DNA from: Pseudomonadota bacterium
GTDB lineage: Bacteria; Pseudomonadota; Alphaproteobacteria; Sphingomonadales; Sphingomonadaceae
Length of the DNA stretch: 64,000 bases
Direction: 5' to 3'
Assembly (NCBI GenBank): GCA_040387595.1
Contig: JAZKDN010000014.1
Coordinates: 9,082 to 73,081, forward strand
The notes under the pieces are model-generated. The model was given only the letters and a program-made list of their open reading frames with translations. It ran no database searches and was not told the DNA's origin. The stretch's first letter is position 1. The number at the start of each line of letters is the position of its first letter. Both the position numbers and the translations under genes were made by a program. Positions 37,726-47,499 of this stretch are shown here, piece by piece.

Positions 37726-38655
37726 ATGGCATCCGAATTGGTGCAAAGCCGAGAAATCCAAGCTTATCTCGATCGTATCGCAGGCCTTGATCAGGACGGT
37801 GGCGACGCGCGCATGAAGCAGATCCTGCGCCGGATCGTCTCGGACGTCTTCACCACGATCGACGATTTCGACGTCAGCGCGGAAGAGTTCTGGGCGGCGC
37901 TCCACTTCATGCAGCAGGCGGCCCCCGAGTTCGGCCTGATCGCGCCGGGCCTGGGCTTCGACCATTTCCTCGACGTCCGCATGGACCTGGCCGACAAGAA
38001 GGCCGGCCTCACCGGCGGCACGCCGCGCACGATCGAAGGCCCGCTCTACGTTCCCGGCGCTCCGATGGAAGAGGGCCGCGCGCGTCTCGACGACGGTGAG
38101 GATACCGGCGAAGTGCTGATCATGGGCGGCACCATCAAGGATCTCGACGGCAAGCCGGTCGCCGGTGCGATCGTCGATGTCTGGCACGCCAACAGCCAGG
38201 GCGGCTATTCGGGCTTCGATCCGTCGCAGAAGGCGTACAACAACCGCCGCCGCATCAAGACCGGGGCTGATGGCCGCTATGTCTTCCGCAGCATCGTCCC
38301 GTCGGGCTATTCCGTGCCGCCGCAGGGCAGCTCGGACAAGCTGCTCCAGTCGGTCGGCCGTCACGGCAATCGCCCGGCGCACATTCACTTCTTCGTCTCG
38401 GCCGATGGCTATCGTCACCTGACGACGCAGATCAACATCGACGGCGATCCCTATCTGCATGACGATTTCGCCTTCGCGACCCATGACGACCTGATCCCGG
38501 AAGTCGTCCGCCAGGAAGATCCGGAGGTGATCCGCGCCGAACAGCTCAACGGGCCGTTCAGCCAGATCGACTTCGACTTCACCCTGCAGAAAGCAGCCGA
38601 TCCGACCGAAGCCGAACTGATGGCCCGCAGCCGGGCCCCGGCGCCGGCGGTCTGA
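37726..38655 (+). CDS. catA: Catechol 1,2-dioxygenase
   Basis: Intradiol dioxygenase pattern (GGTPRTIEGPLYV, RPAHIHFFVSADGY). AAGGAGA lies upstream of ATG 37726. Confidence 0.9.
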   Translation: MASELVQSREIQAYLDRIAGLDQDGGDARMKQILRRIVSDVFTTIDDFDVSAEEFWAALHFMQQAAPEFGLIAPGLGFDHFLDVRMDLADKKAGLTGGTPRTIEGPLYVPGAPMEEGRARLDDGEDTGEVLIMGGTIKDLDGKPVAGAIVDVWHANSQGGYSGFDPSQKAYNNRRRIKTGADGRYVFRSIVPSGYSVPPQGSSDKLLQSVGRHGNRPAHIHFFVSADGYRHLTTQINIDGDPYLHDDFAFATHDDLIPEVVRQEDPEVIRAEQLNGPFSQIDFDFTLQKAADPTEAELMARSRAPAPAV

Positions 38656-39371
38656 TGCCCGACAAGATCTACGCCAGCCCCGAAGCGGCGCTCGACGGCC
38701 TGCTGTTCGACGGCATGACCATCATGTCGGGCGGCTTCGGCCTGACCGGTAACCCCGAGACCCTGATCCCCGCGATCAAGGCCTCGGGCGTACGGGATCT
38801 GACCGTCATCTCCAACAATTGCGGGGCCGACGGTTATGGTCTCTGGACGCTCCTCGCGAACGGCCAGATCAAGAAGATGGTGTCGTCCTATATCGGCGAG
38901 AACAAGCTGTTCGAGCAGCTCTATCTGGAGGGTAAGCTCGAGCTGGAACTGGTGCCGCAGGGCACCCTCGCCGAGCGGATTCGCGCCGGAGGGGCCGGGA
39001 TTCCGGCCTTCTACACCCCGACTGGGGTCGGCACCGTCGTCGCGGAGGGCAAGCCGGTCGAGGAGTTCGACGGGCGACGCTATGTCCGCGAACGCTGGCT
39101 GCGTGCGGATCTGTCGATCATCAAGGCGTGGAAGGCGGACAGCGAAGGCAATCTGGTGTTCCGCAAGACATCGCGGAACTTCAATCCGGTCATGGCCACC
39201 GCCGGCAAGGTGACTGTGGTAGAGGTCGAGGAAATCGTGCCCGACGGCGCGCTGGAAGCCGACCACATCCACACCCCGGGAATCTTCGTCGATCGTATCA
39301 TCAAGGGCGAGGGCTATGCGCGTCTCATCGAGAAGCGCACCACCCGCCCCCGTCCGGTGGAGGCAAACTGA
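38655..39371 (+). CDS. pcaI: 3-oxoadipate CoA-transferase subunit A
   Basis: A paralog of scoA, with many identical blocks by eye. Position within the cat/pca operon. Confidence 0.85.
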   Translation: MPDKIYASPEAALDGLLFDGMTIMSGGFGLTGNPETLIPAIKASGVRDLTVISNNCGADGYGLWTLLANGQIKKMVSSYIGENKLFEQLYLEGKLELELVPQGTLAERIRAGGAGIPAFYTPTGVGTVVAEGKPVEEFDGRRYVRERWLRADLSIIKAWKADSEGNLVFRKTSRNFNPVMATAGKVTVVEVEEIVPDGALEADHIHTPGIFVDRIIKGEGYARLIEKRTTRPRPVEAN

Positions 39372-40018
39372 TGCCGTGGACCCGCGATGAAATGGCGGCG
39401 CGCGCCGCGCGCGAGCTGCAGGACGGCTATTACGTAAACCTCGGCATCGGTATCCCGACGATGGTCGCCAATCACATCCCCGAGGGTGTGAAGGTCACGC
39501 TCCAGAGCGAGAACGGCATGCTCGGCATGGGCCCCTACCCCTATGAAGGGGAAGAGGACGCCGATCTCGTCAACGCCGGCAAGGAAACGATCACCGAACT
39601 GCCGACGTCGAGCTACTTCTCCTCGGCGGACAGCTTCGGCATGATCCGCGGCGGCCATATCGACCTGGCGGTGCTCGGCGCGATGGAAGTCAGCGCCAAG
39701 GGCGACATCGCCAACTGGACGATCCCCGGCAAGATGCTGAAAGGCATGGGCGGCGCGATGGACCTGGTCGCCGGCGTTCGCCGCGTCGTCGTGGTGATGG
39801 AGCATGTCAGCCGCAACGGCACGCCGAAAATCCTGCCCGAATGCACCCTGCCGCTCACCGGCGAGGGCGTGGTCGACCTGATCGTCACCGACCTGTGTGT
39901 GCTCGCCTGTGACAAGCAGAATGGCGGCCTCACCCTGATCGAATGCGCCCCCGGCGTGACGGTCGACGAAGTCGTCGCCAAGACCGGTGCGCCGCTGACG
40001 ATCGCGGACGGGCTATGA
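39371..40018 (+). CDS. pcaJ: 3-oxoadipate CoA-transferase subunit B
   Basis: [13 protein letters not shown]. The ATG overlaps the pcaI stop (TGATG). Confidence 0.85.
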   Translation: MPWTRDEMAARAARELQDGYYVNLGIGIPTMVANHIPEGVKVTLQSENGMLGMGPYPYEGEEDADLVNAGKETITELPTSSYFSSADSFGMIRGGHIDLAVLGAMEVSAKGDIANWTIPGKMLKGMGGAMDLVAGVRRVVVVMEHVSRNGTPKILPECTLPLTGEGVVDLIVTDLCVLACDKQNGGLTLIECAPGVTVDEVVAKTGAPLTIADGL

Positions 40019-40803
40019 CCGACCAGGGCTTTGCCACGGTCGGCGATGGTTGCCGCCTCGCCTGGCGCATGGACGGGGCCGATGGCGCGCCGGTGCTGCT
40101 GCTGTCCAACTCGCTGGGCACCGCCATGGATATGTGGCTGCCGCAGTTGCCCGCACTGACGGCGCGGTTCCGCGTGCTGCGCTACGACCAGCGCGGCCAC
40201 GGGGCATCGGATGCTCCGGCGGGCGCCTACAGCCTCGACCGGCTCGGTCGCGACGTCGTCGAACTGCTCGACGCTCTGGGACTGGACAAGGTCGATTTCT
40301 GCGGCCTTTCGCTGGGTGGCATGACCGGCCAGTGGCTGGGCGTCCACGCGCCGGAGCGTTTCAACCGCATCGTCCTCGCCAACACCGCCGCCTATATGGG
40401 GCCGCCTGCGGGCTGGCAGGGGCGGATCGGCGTGGTGCTCGACAAGGGCATGTCGGCGATCGCCGCGGCGGTGCTGGACCGCTGGTTCACGCCCGAGTTT
40501 CTGGCGGGATCGCCAGAGGCGGTCGCATCGGTCGGCGCCTTCATCAATGCGACCAATCCGGTCGGCTATGCCGGCTGCTGCGCGGCGATCCGTGACATGG
40601 ACATGCGTCCTGTGATCGGCCTGATCCGCAATCCGGTGCTGGTGATCATCGGCGGCCGCGACCCCGCCACCCCGCCCGCACAAGGCCAGGAAATCGTCGA
40701 TGCGATCGCCGGCGCAAAGGGCGTCACGTTCGACGCGGCGCATCTCTCGAATGTCGAACAGCCGGAGAAGTTCGCGGCAGCGCTGCTGGAGTTTCTGGGC
40801 TAA
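40015..40803 (+). CDS. pcaD: 3-oxoadipate enol-lactonase
   Basis: Alpha/beta hydrolase with nucleophile GLSLGG. ATGA overlap with pcaJ. Confidence 0.85.
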   Translation: MTDQGFATVGDGCRLAWRMDGADGAPVLLLSNSLGTAMDMWLPQLPALTARFRVLRYDQRGHGASDAPAGAYSLDRLGRDVVELLDALGLDKVDFCGLSLGGMTGQWLGVHAPERFNRIVLANTAAYMGPPAGWQGRIGVVLDKGMSAIAAAVLDRWFTPEFLAGSPEAVASVGAFINATNPVGYAGCCAAIRDMDMRPVIGLIRNPVLVIIGGRDPATPPAQGQEIVDAIAGAKGVTFDAAHLSNVEQPEKFAAALLEFLG

Positions 40804-41144
40804 CCCCCACCTCTGCCCACTCTTCCAGCGAAGGGGGAAGCATCGTTCGACGATGTACCGTCGCGCCCTATCTGCAGTCCGGGCGCACGCTGGGTCGAGA
40901 GTGCCGCTTTGCCGAGCCGATAACAATCGGCCGCTAACGGCCAAATGCATTGGCCGCGAGTAAACTCCTTAGTTGACAAAGAATTATTACATCAACCCGC
41001 ATAGTTACGGGTGGCAGCGCGGGCTGCCGGCGGTTCGGCACAACCGACAGACGAATCAAGGCTGGCCAAAGTCGGGAACGGACGGAATAACAGGCGCACC
41101 GCGCGTTATAATGCGGCCGGATGTGATCGGAGGGATGCTTATCA

Positions 41145-43292
41145 ATGGGGCAATCCGTCGCCAACGGATCCGAGGCGGACGTGGGCGCGCCTGCCGATCA
41201 ATCGTCCAGACCCCGCGAAACTACCGAGCGAATTACGCGCATCTACGAAGCCCGGTGCAATATCCATCGGGTCATCGTCCGGGCAAGTCGGCGGCAGGAT
41301 CTGCTCGACGACGTCTGTCGTGCATTGGTCGAGCATGGCGGCTTCACGATGGCCTGGATCGGCTGGCACATACCGGAAACCCGCGAATTGGTGCCAGTGG
41401 CCGAATATGGCGACGATCACGCGACCTTGCACGATTTCCGCATCTCCATTGATGATCGAATCGAACAGCTCGGCCCTTCCGGCCGCGCGTTTCGGGAGCA
41501 GTCACCCTGCCTGACCAACGATCTCCTGGCTGATTTACATGGGCTGCCCTCGCAAAAGAAGGCCCGCCAGAGCAGCCTTCGCTCGGCAGCCGCCTTCCCC
41601 CTCCATATCGGGAGCGGCCCTTGCGGCACGTTGACCGTCTATTCCCGTTGTAAGGACTATTTCAGTGAGGACGCAAAATCGCTGCTTAGCGATACGGCGG
41701 ACGATATCTGCTTCGCGCTCGGGCGCTTCGCCAGCGAGGAGGCGCTCGATGACGCTCAGGCTCTAGCCCGCCGCGAGCGCATGCTTTCCGAAGCCATGAC
41801 GGAAAGTATTCCCGGCATTCTCTATCTTTACGACGAGGATAGAAAGTTTCTGAAATGGAACAGAAACTTCGAACGGGTTTCAGGCTATAGTGCCGACGAG
41901 ATCTCCCGTTTGAAACCTCAGGATTTTTTCCAGGGACAGGATCAACAGAATCTCGGTCGTACGGTACGCAAAGTCTTCGAAGAAGGTGACGGCATTCTCG
42001 AAGCATCTTTTCTGACCAAGTCGGGTCAGACCATTCCCTATTATTTCACGGGCACGCGTGTGATGTTCAACGCGGTACGCTGTTTGATCGGTGTCGGCAT
42101 CGATATCTCAGAGGTCAAGCAGGCTCAGGTCGCGCTCGAGAAGAGCGAACGGCACTACCGGACTACGCTCGAACGGATTCTCGAGGGTGTTCAGATATTC
42201 GATTTCGACTGGCGCTACAGCTACATGAATCAGACGGCCGAACGCTTCTGCCGCAGGCCAAGAGAGGAACTTCTCGGCCGGACCCTCCAGGAGTGCTGGC
42301 CGGGTATAGAAGAGTCCGACCTGTTCAAGCTTTTGCACGGCTGCATGGTATCGCGCGAACCGGCCCAGCAGGAGGTTCCTTTCAGCTTTCCTGATGGGAC
42401 GGAGGGTTGGTACGACATCCGCGTACGGGCTGTGCCGGAAGGAATTTTCGTGATGTCACTGGACATCACGGCAAGACATGCAGCTGAGATGGACCTCCAT
42501 CGGCTCAATAGCCGCCTTGAGCAAACCGTCGCCGAGCAGACCGAAGATCTCCGGATCGCCATGCTCCGCGCCGAGGCCTCGGATCGGCTCAAGTCCACCT
42601 TCCTGGCTACGATGTCACACGAATTGCGGACCCCGCTCAACTCCATCATCGGGTTCACCGGCATTCTGATGCAAGAGTTGCCGGGGCCGCTCAATCCTGA
42701 GCAGCGCAAGCAACTTGGAATGGTGCAAGGTAGCGCGAGACACTTGCTTGAACTCGTCAACGACGTACTCGACATATCCAAGATCGAGGCCGGAGAACTC
42801 GACGTCTATCCCCGCTCCTTCGAATTGCGACCTTCGGTGGAGAAGATAATCGGCTTGCTCTTGCCGGCCGCAGGCAAAAAGGGCCTTTTCCTGCAGACGC
42901 GGTGGCAAAGCTCGGCGCGCGAGATCATCAGCGATCAGCGGCGGGTGGAGCAAGTGCTTCTCAACGTTATCGGTAACGGGGTGAAATTCACCGAGCAGGG
43001 CGGCGTCACCGTGACAATCGACGATGCCCGAATTGCCGCAGAGCCGATGATCAGAATTCGTGTCTCCGACACCGGCATCGGCATTCGACCCGAGGATTTC
43101 GAGAATCTATTTCTACCTTTCCGCCAGCTCGACACGGGACTGACCCGCCAGCACGAGGGCACTGGACTGGGCCTCGCGATATGTGATCGGCTGCTGCGCT
43201 TATTGGGCGGGTCCATTTCCGCCGAAGCGCGGGAGGGCGGGGGTGTCATATTCAGCATTCTCCTGCCCGTGAACTCGGGGAGTGAATCATGA
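41145..43292 (+). CDS. Cytoplasmic GAF-PAS-PAS sensor histidine kinase
   Basis: GAF-like N-terminus, two PAS repeats, H-box MSHELRTPLNSIIG, N-box LNVIGNGVKFT, G-boxes DTGIGI and GTGLGLAI. Confidence 0.9.
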   Translation: MGQSVANGSEADVGAPADQSSRPRETTERITRIYEARCNIHRVIVRASRRQDLLDDVCRALVEHGGFTMAWIGWHIPETRELVPVAEYGDDHATLHDFRISIDDRIEQLGPSGRAFREQSPCLTNDLLADLHGLPSQKKARQSSLRSAAAFPLHIGSGPCGTLTVYSRCKDYFSEDAKSLLSDTADDICFALGRFASEEALDDAQALARRERMLSEAMTESIPGILYLYDEDRKFLKWNRNFERVSGYSADEISRLKPQDFFQGQDQQNLGRTVRKVFEEGDGILEASFLTKSGQTIPYYFTGTRVMFNAVRCLIGVGIDISEVKQAQVALEKSERHYRTTLERILEGVQIFDFDWRYSYMNQTAERFCRRPREELLGRTLQECWPGIEESDLFKLLHGCMVSREPAQQEVPFSFPDGTEGWYDIRVRAVPEGIFVMSLDITARHAAEMDLHRLNSRLEQTVAEQTEDLRIAMLRAEASDRLKSTFLATMSHELRTPLNSIIGFTGILMQELPGPLNPEQRKQLGMVQGSARHLLELVNDVLDISKIEAGELDVYPRSFELRPSVEKIIGLLLPAAGKKGLFLQTRWQSSAREIISDQRRVEQVLLNVIGNGVKFTEQGGVTVTIDDARIAAEPMIRIRVSDTGIGIRPEDFENLFLPFRQLDTGLTRQHEGTGLGLAICDRLLRLLGGSISAEAREGGGVIFSILLPVNSGSES

Positions 43293-43666
43293 AAGCAAGG
43301 GTTCTTCTCATCGAAGACAATGAGCAGAACCGTTATCTGGCCACGTTTCTGCTCGAGCGGAACGGCTTCGAGGTGATTTCCGCCCAGGACGGGGTCCGGG
43401 GCATCGAACTCGCCCGCGAAATCGACCCCGATGTCATCCTGCTCGACATCCAGCTTCCGGGGATGAATGGGTATCAGGTCGCAGAAGCGCTTCGCCGCCT
43501 GCCACAGCTCGACGCCCGCGCCATCGTTGCGGTCACATCCTATGCGATGGTCGGCGATCGCGAAAAGGCGATCGACGCCGGCTGCAACGGGTATATCGAA
43601 AAACCTATCGATCCGGACAATTTCGTCGCGCAGGTCATGCACTTCGTGAAAGAGCAAAGTTCGTGA
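43289..43666 (+). CDS. Single-domain CheY-like response regulator
   Basis: VLLIEDNEQN, ILLDIQLPGMNG, IEKP. 4-nt overlaps on both sides. Confidence 0.9.
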   Translation: MKARVLLIEDNEQNRYLATFLLERNGFEVISAQDGVRGIELAREIDPDVILLDIQLPGMNGYQVAEALRRLPQLDARAIVAVTSYAMVGDREKAIDAGCNGYIEKPIDPDNFVAQVMHFVKEQSS

Positions 43667-45684
43667 CGGCAAGGATCTTGATCGTCGATGACAGGGAAGA
43701 AAATCTGTACCTGCTCTCGACGCTTTTGACCGGGCACGGCTATATCGTCGAGGTTGCAGCGGACGGGGCGCAGGCCCTGACGGCCGCCCGGTCGGCGCCA
43801 CCCGACTTGGTTGTTTCCGATTTGCTGATGCCGGTCATGGACGGATATACGCTGCTGCGGAACTGGCGCGAGGATCCGCAACTGCGGTCCATCGGCTTTG
43901 TCGTCTACACCGCCACCTTCACCAGCGCCGAGGATGAAAAGCTCGCGCTGGAAATCGGCGCGGACGCATTTCTGCTGAAGCCCAGCGAACCGGACGTCCT
44001 TCTGGCGGTCGTAAAGAGGTTGCTTCAAGAACCTTCCCCCTATTCAGCTCTGGTGGGTTCCAGGCCGGACTGGGACGATATCGCCGTGCAAAAGCGATAC
44101 TCGGCTGCGCTGTTTCGCAAGCTGGAATCGCGAATGCTGGAGCTCGAAGCTGGAAACACTGTGATCCAGCGAACCAACAGCCAGCTCGAAACGCTGGTGT
44201 CACAGGCGCCGATCGGGATTCTCGTCCACCGCAATTTTGAACCGCTCGTCGCGAATAACGCTTTCGCCCGCATATTCGGCTGGGCTGACAGAGGGCACGT
44301 CATTGCCCTTGCCGAGTGCGGTCACCTCTTCGACGAAGAGGAACACGCCCGCATCATTGCGTGTCAAAATGGCGAGCCGGGCGATTACCGACGGACCGAT
44401 ATCATCGCAACGAAAGGCAAGCACATCAGCGGGGGGATGCTGGACATCGAAATCCGCGCCTTTCCGATTGAATGGACGGGGCAGAACGCCGTTTGCATGA
44501 TGGTGACCGATGTGACCAGCCAGCGCGCCACGGAGGCCGCATTACGGCAATCGCAGCGGATCGATGCCATCGGGCAGCTGACGGGGGGCGTCGCCCATGA
44601 CTTCAACAACCTGCTCACGGTTGTTATCGGCAGTTCGGAGACATTGTTCGACCAGGCCGAAAGCCCTGGCCAGCGCGAGTTGGCGGCCTTGATCCTGCAG
44701 GCCGCCGAGCAGGCGAGCAGTCTGACCCGGCAGCTACTCGCTTTTTCACGAAGACAACCGCTTGCTCCGCAACCGTTCGATATCAACGCCCTGATCACGC
44801 AAAATATGGCGTTGATCCGTAGGACGTTGGGTGCGCAGATCGAAATCGTGGTCAATCTGATGGCCGAGATCGAGCCGGTATATGCCGATCCGGCTCAGAC
44901 GGCCGCCGCGCTGCTCAATCTCTGCATAAACGCGCGAGATGCCATGCCAGAGGGAGGGCGGCTGACCATCACCGGCGAAAGCCGGAGGCTCACCGAGGAC
45001 TTCTGCGAGACTCATCCGGGGGCGAGGCTGGGCAACTATGCCATGATCGTCGTCACCGACAACGGGACGGGGATCGCTCCCGACATCATCGACCGGGTTT
45101 TCGACCCGTTTTTCACCACCAAGGATGCCGGCCGGGGAACCGGGCTGGGCTTGTCGATGGTGTACGGTTTCGTGAAACAGTCGGCTGGCTATATCGACCT
45201 GAGATCGGACGTCGGCGCGGGAAGCAGTTTCACCTTATATCTGCCCATTGCACCGGCAGATGCGGTCGCTGCACCTCTGCCTGTTGGCGAGGCGCCGGAG
45301 GAGCAAGGCGGATCCGAGACGATATTGCTGGTCGAGGATAATGCGCTGGTGAGGACGCATGTAAAATCGCTGTGCGAGGGGCTCGGCTACGGGATCGTGA
45401 CGGCCGGCTCGGGAGTGGAGGCTATGCAGATCCTTGAATCGCGGAACGACATCGATCTCGTGTTCACCGATGTCGTCATGCCTGGCGGTCTCAATGGCCA
45501 GGAGCTCGGCGAAAGGGCGCGCGCGCGCTGGCCTTCTCTTCGGATACTCCTGACGTCGGGATATGCGCACGATGCGCTTGTCGGCGAAGGTCGGGCGATG
45601 ACCGGCGCAAAGCTGCTGACGAAGCCATATTCGAAGCGTCAGCTTGCACGACGGATCCGCCAGGTCCTGGATGAGGTGCCCTGA
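43663..45684 (+). CDS. Hybrid histidine kinase: REC-PAS-HisKA-HATPase-REC
   Basis: N-terminal receiver ([22 protein letters not shown]), H-box [15 protein letters not shown]-boxes DNGTGI and GTGLGLSM, C-terminal receiver ([22 protein letters not shown]). Confidence 0.9.
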   Translation: MTARILIVDDREENLYLLSTLLTGHGYIVEVAADGAQALTAARSAPPDLVVSDLLMPVMDGYTLLRNWREDPQLRSIGFVVYTATFTSAEDEKLALEIGADAFLLKPSEPDVLLAVVKRLLQEPSPYSALVGSRPDWDDIAVQKRYSAALFRKLESRMLELEAGNTVIQRTNSQLETLVSQAPIGILVHRNFEPLVANNAFARIFGWADRGHVIALAECGHLFDEEEHARIIACQNGEPGDYRRTDIIATKGKHISGGMLDIEIRAFPIEWTGQNAVCMMVTDVTSQRATEAALRQSQRIDAIGQLTGGVAHDFNNLLTVVIGSSETLFDQAESPGQRELAALILQAAEQASSLTRQLLAFSRRQPLAPQPFDINALITQNMALIRRTLGAQIEIVVNLMAEIEPVYADPAQTAAALLNLCINARDAMPEGGRLTITGESRRLTEDFCETHPGARLGNYAMIVVTDNGTGIAPDIIDRVFDPFFTTKDAGRGTGLGLSMVYGFVKQSAGYIDLRSDVGAGSSFTLYLPIAPADAVAAPLPVGEAPEEQGGSETILLVEDNALVRTHVKSLCEGLGYGIVTAGSGVEAMQILESRNDIDLVFTDVVMPGGLNGQELGERARARWPSLRILLTSGYAHDALVGEGRAMTGAKLLTKPYSKRQLARRIRQVLDEVP

Positions 45685-45685
45685 C

Positions 45686-46294
45686 ATGGGACAAGAGATT
45701 TCAAACGCGGTTCACATCGTCGACGATGATCCAGCGGTACGTCATACCATCGCCACCATATTGCGTGCGGCCGGTTTCTCGCCGCATCAATATGCCACGG
45801 CTGACGAACTGCTCGGGACAATCGACAGCTTGGAGCCGGGCTGCATCATCACCGATGTCAACATGCCGGGTCTTAGCGGGATCGAACTGCTCTTGTCTCT
45901 CAAGGAGAGCGGGGTCGAATTGCCTGTCATCGTCATTTCCGGGCAAGCCGACATTCCGATGGCCGTCGAGGCGATAAAGGCCGGCGCGGTCGAATTCCTC
46001 GAAAAGCCGCTCCACTCGGACACGCTACGGGCAGCCGTCCAGGGCGCGGCACTTCGTCATACCCCGACACCCGCAGACGAGACGATCCACTATGTGCGCA
46101 TCGTCGAATCGCTCACCCGCCGGCAGCGCGAGGTGCTCGCGGGGATCCTCGATGGCCAGCCCAACAAGATCATCGCCTACCAGCTTGGATTAAGCATCCG
46201 TACCGTGGAGGCATATCGCGCGGCTATCATGGAGCGGACCCGCGCGCGCAACCTGAGCGAGCTTGTCCGGATGGGTATCAAGGCCGGACTATAG
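45686..46294 (+). CDS. FixJ/NarL-type (LuxR HTH) response regulator
   Basis: Receiver (VHIVDDDPAVR, IITDVNMPGLSG, LEKP) plus LuxR HTH (LTRRQREVLAGILDGQPNKIIAYQLGLSIRTVEAYR). Confidence 0.9.
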   Translation: MGQEISNAVHIVDDDPAVRHTIATILRAAGFSPHQYATADELLGTIDSLEPGCIITDVNMPGLSGIELLLSLKESGVELPVIVISGQADIPMAVEAIKAGAVEFLEKPLHSDTLRAAVQGAALRHTPTPADETIHYVRIVESLTRRQREVLAGILDGQPNKIIAYQLGLSIRTVEAYRAAIMERTRARNLSELVRMGIKAGL

Positions 46295-46712
46295 GACCGC
46301 CGGTGTGCAGGCGGCCGCTGCGATCGGGCGTGTCCTGCACACGCCGCATCGCCACCCGCACATCGGGAAAGCCGGGTCGCCGCAACCGGCCCTCGATGAC
46401 ATCGATGCTTATGATTTCGGCGATGCATTCAAGCTGGTATGTGCGGTCATTGGTCCCGAGCAGCGTCGGCATGCTCGGATCGTTGCCGTGGCGGAAGATG
46501 CTGAGGGTCGCTCTGAGTTCGCTGCCTTCCAACGTCCAGCGGCCATGGTACGCGAACTGACTGTCGCCGCCCATCAGACGACCTTCGTCGACTACCGCGA
46601 TGCCCCCGCGCGTCTCGGAGTCGAGACAGCCGAAGAGGCCGAAGCGCAACTGCCACATGCCCCATAGCGCCGCTGGATCGAGATCAATGCAGGCCGGGCC
46701 AGTGGCGGGCAT
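46278..46712 (-). CDS. GrlR-family (lipocalin-like) small protein
   Basis: ALWGMWQLRFG...GGIAVVDEGRLMGGDSQFAYHGRWTLEGSELRATLSIFRH matches the GrlR-family pattern (GlW..F...GGvvvl..G.i.GGDs..y.G.y...g..f.a.l...rh). The start is uncertain: ATG 46712, 46658 or 46913. Confidence 0.55.
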   Translation of the reverse strand: MPATGPACIDLDPAALWGMWQLRFGLFGCLDSETRGGIAVVDEGRLMGGDSQFAYHGRWTLEGSELRATLSIFRHGNDPSMPTLLGTNDRTYQLECIAEIISIDVIEGRLRRPGFPDVRVAMRRVQDTPDRSGRLHTGGPIVRP

Positions 46713-47052
46713 CGCCAACGGAAAGACCTTCCCCTGGTCCGGAAGTGCTCGTCGGCCCGTGTCCTGGGCGCATAAACCATGCTGCATGTACATAACTGCC
46801 TCGAAGCCGGACGACCGAACGATCGCTGCCGGCGCATCGGATGTGAATGTGAAAACACCGCCACCTTCCCGGCGCGATGATTCGTGGCGGCCTTCTGGCT
46901 CAGGGACGCCCAACCCTCAACTTGTGGAGGTTACTACAGTAGTCGCCACAATATGGCTCGCCATCGCCGCTCGGCGGCCGGTCAATCCGCGGGGTCGAAA
47001 GCGCACCGGCAACGCGGAATCGTGCGATCTTGCCGCAGTTAAGTCGATGAGC

Positions 47053-47076
47053 CAGGTTCGAATCCCGTGGTGGCAA
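47053..47076 (+). other. tRNA T-arm-like motif (CAGGTTCGAATCCCGTGGTGGCAA) without a foldable cloverleaf
   Basis: It contains the canonical GGTTCGAATCC T-loop sequence. The flanking stem has two mismatches. No matching 5' acceptor strand lies 70-90 nt upstream. Confidence 0.3.
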
Positions 47077-47499
47077 AGGATCGCCATGCGCTGCCGCCCG
47101 CAATGCGTCGACGCTTGCCGATTATATCTCAAGCCTGAACGATCCTGCTGCGAGTCTCCTGCTCGCGTGACCGTGCATGGCCTCGAGATTCAACAATGAT
47201 TGGCTGATGTTCGTGCGGAGCAGCGAACGATCTCATAGATCGCGATCGGCAGTCCATCATGGTCCAGCATCGCGCCGCGCGTGGGCAGCTTCGATCCGTG
47301 CTGCTTCACGATATGGCTGAACACGCGGGCCGAAAGGTGCTCGCCGCTCCGCGTCCATGCAATCATGAACGTAGCAACCCATTGCGTCCAAAACACGCAA
47401 TCCCGTGAGATTACTATAGTCTTGCGGCGCGAGCGTCGAACGATTCCGCCCTATCCTGCGCTCGATACGAGCGGCGCCATAGCTGAGCGGCGCCCCCCC

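Noticed and set aside
46965-47090. A possible tRNA or two-piece alphaproteobacterial tmRNA around the GGTTCGAATCC motif.
   Set aside because: I could not build an acceptor stem, D arm or anticodon arm. The T stem has two mismatches. No CCA end follows. No ANDN...AA-type tag reading frame was visible downstream. It is kept only as a T-arm-like scar.
47190-47396. A 68-aa minus-strand ORF as a functional gene.
   Set aside because: No RBS or recognisable N-terminus. Only the last ~15 residues resemble a known fold. It sits in a degenerate AT-richer stretch. It is treated as a probable fragment.
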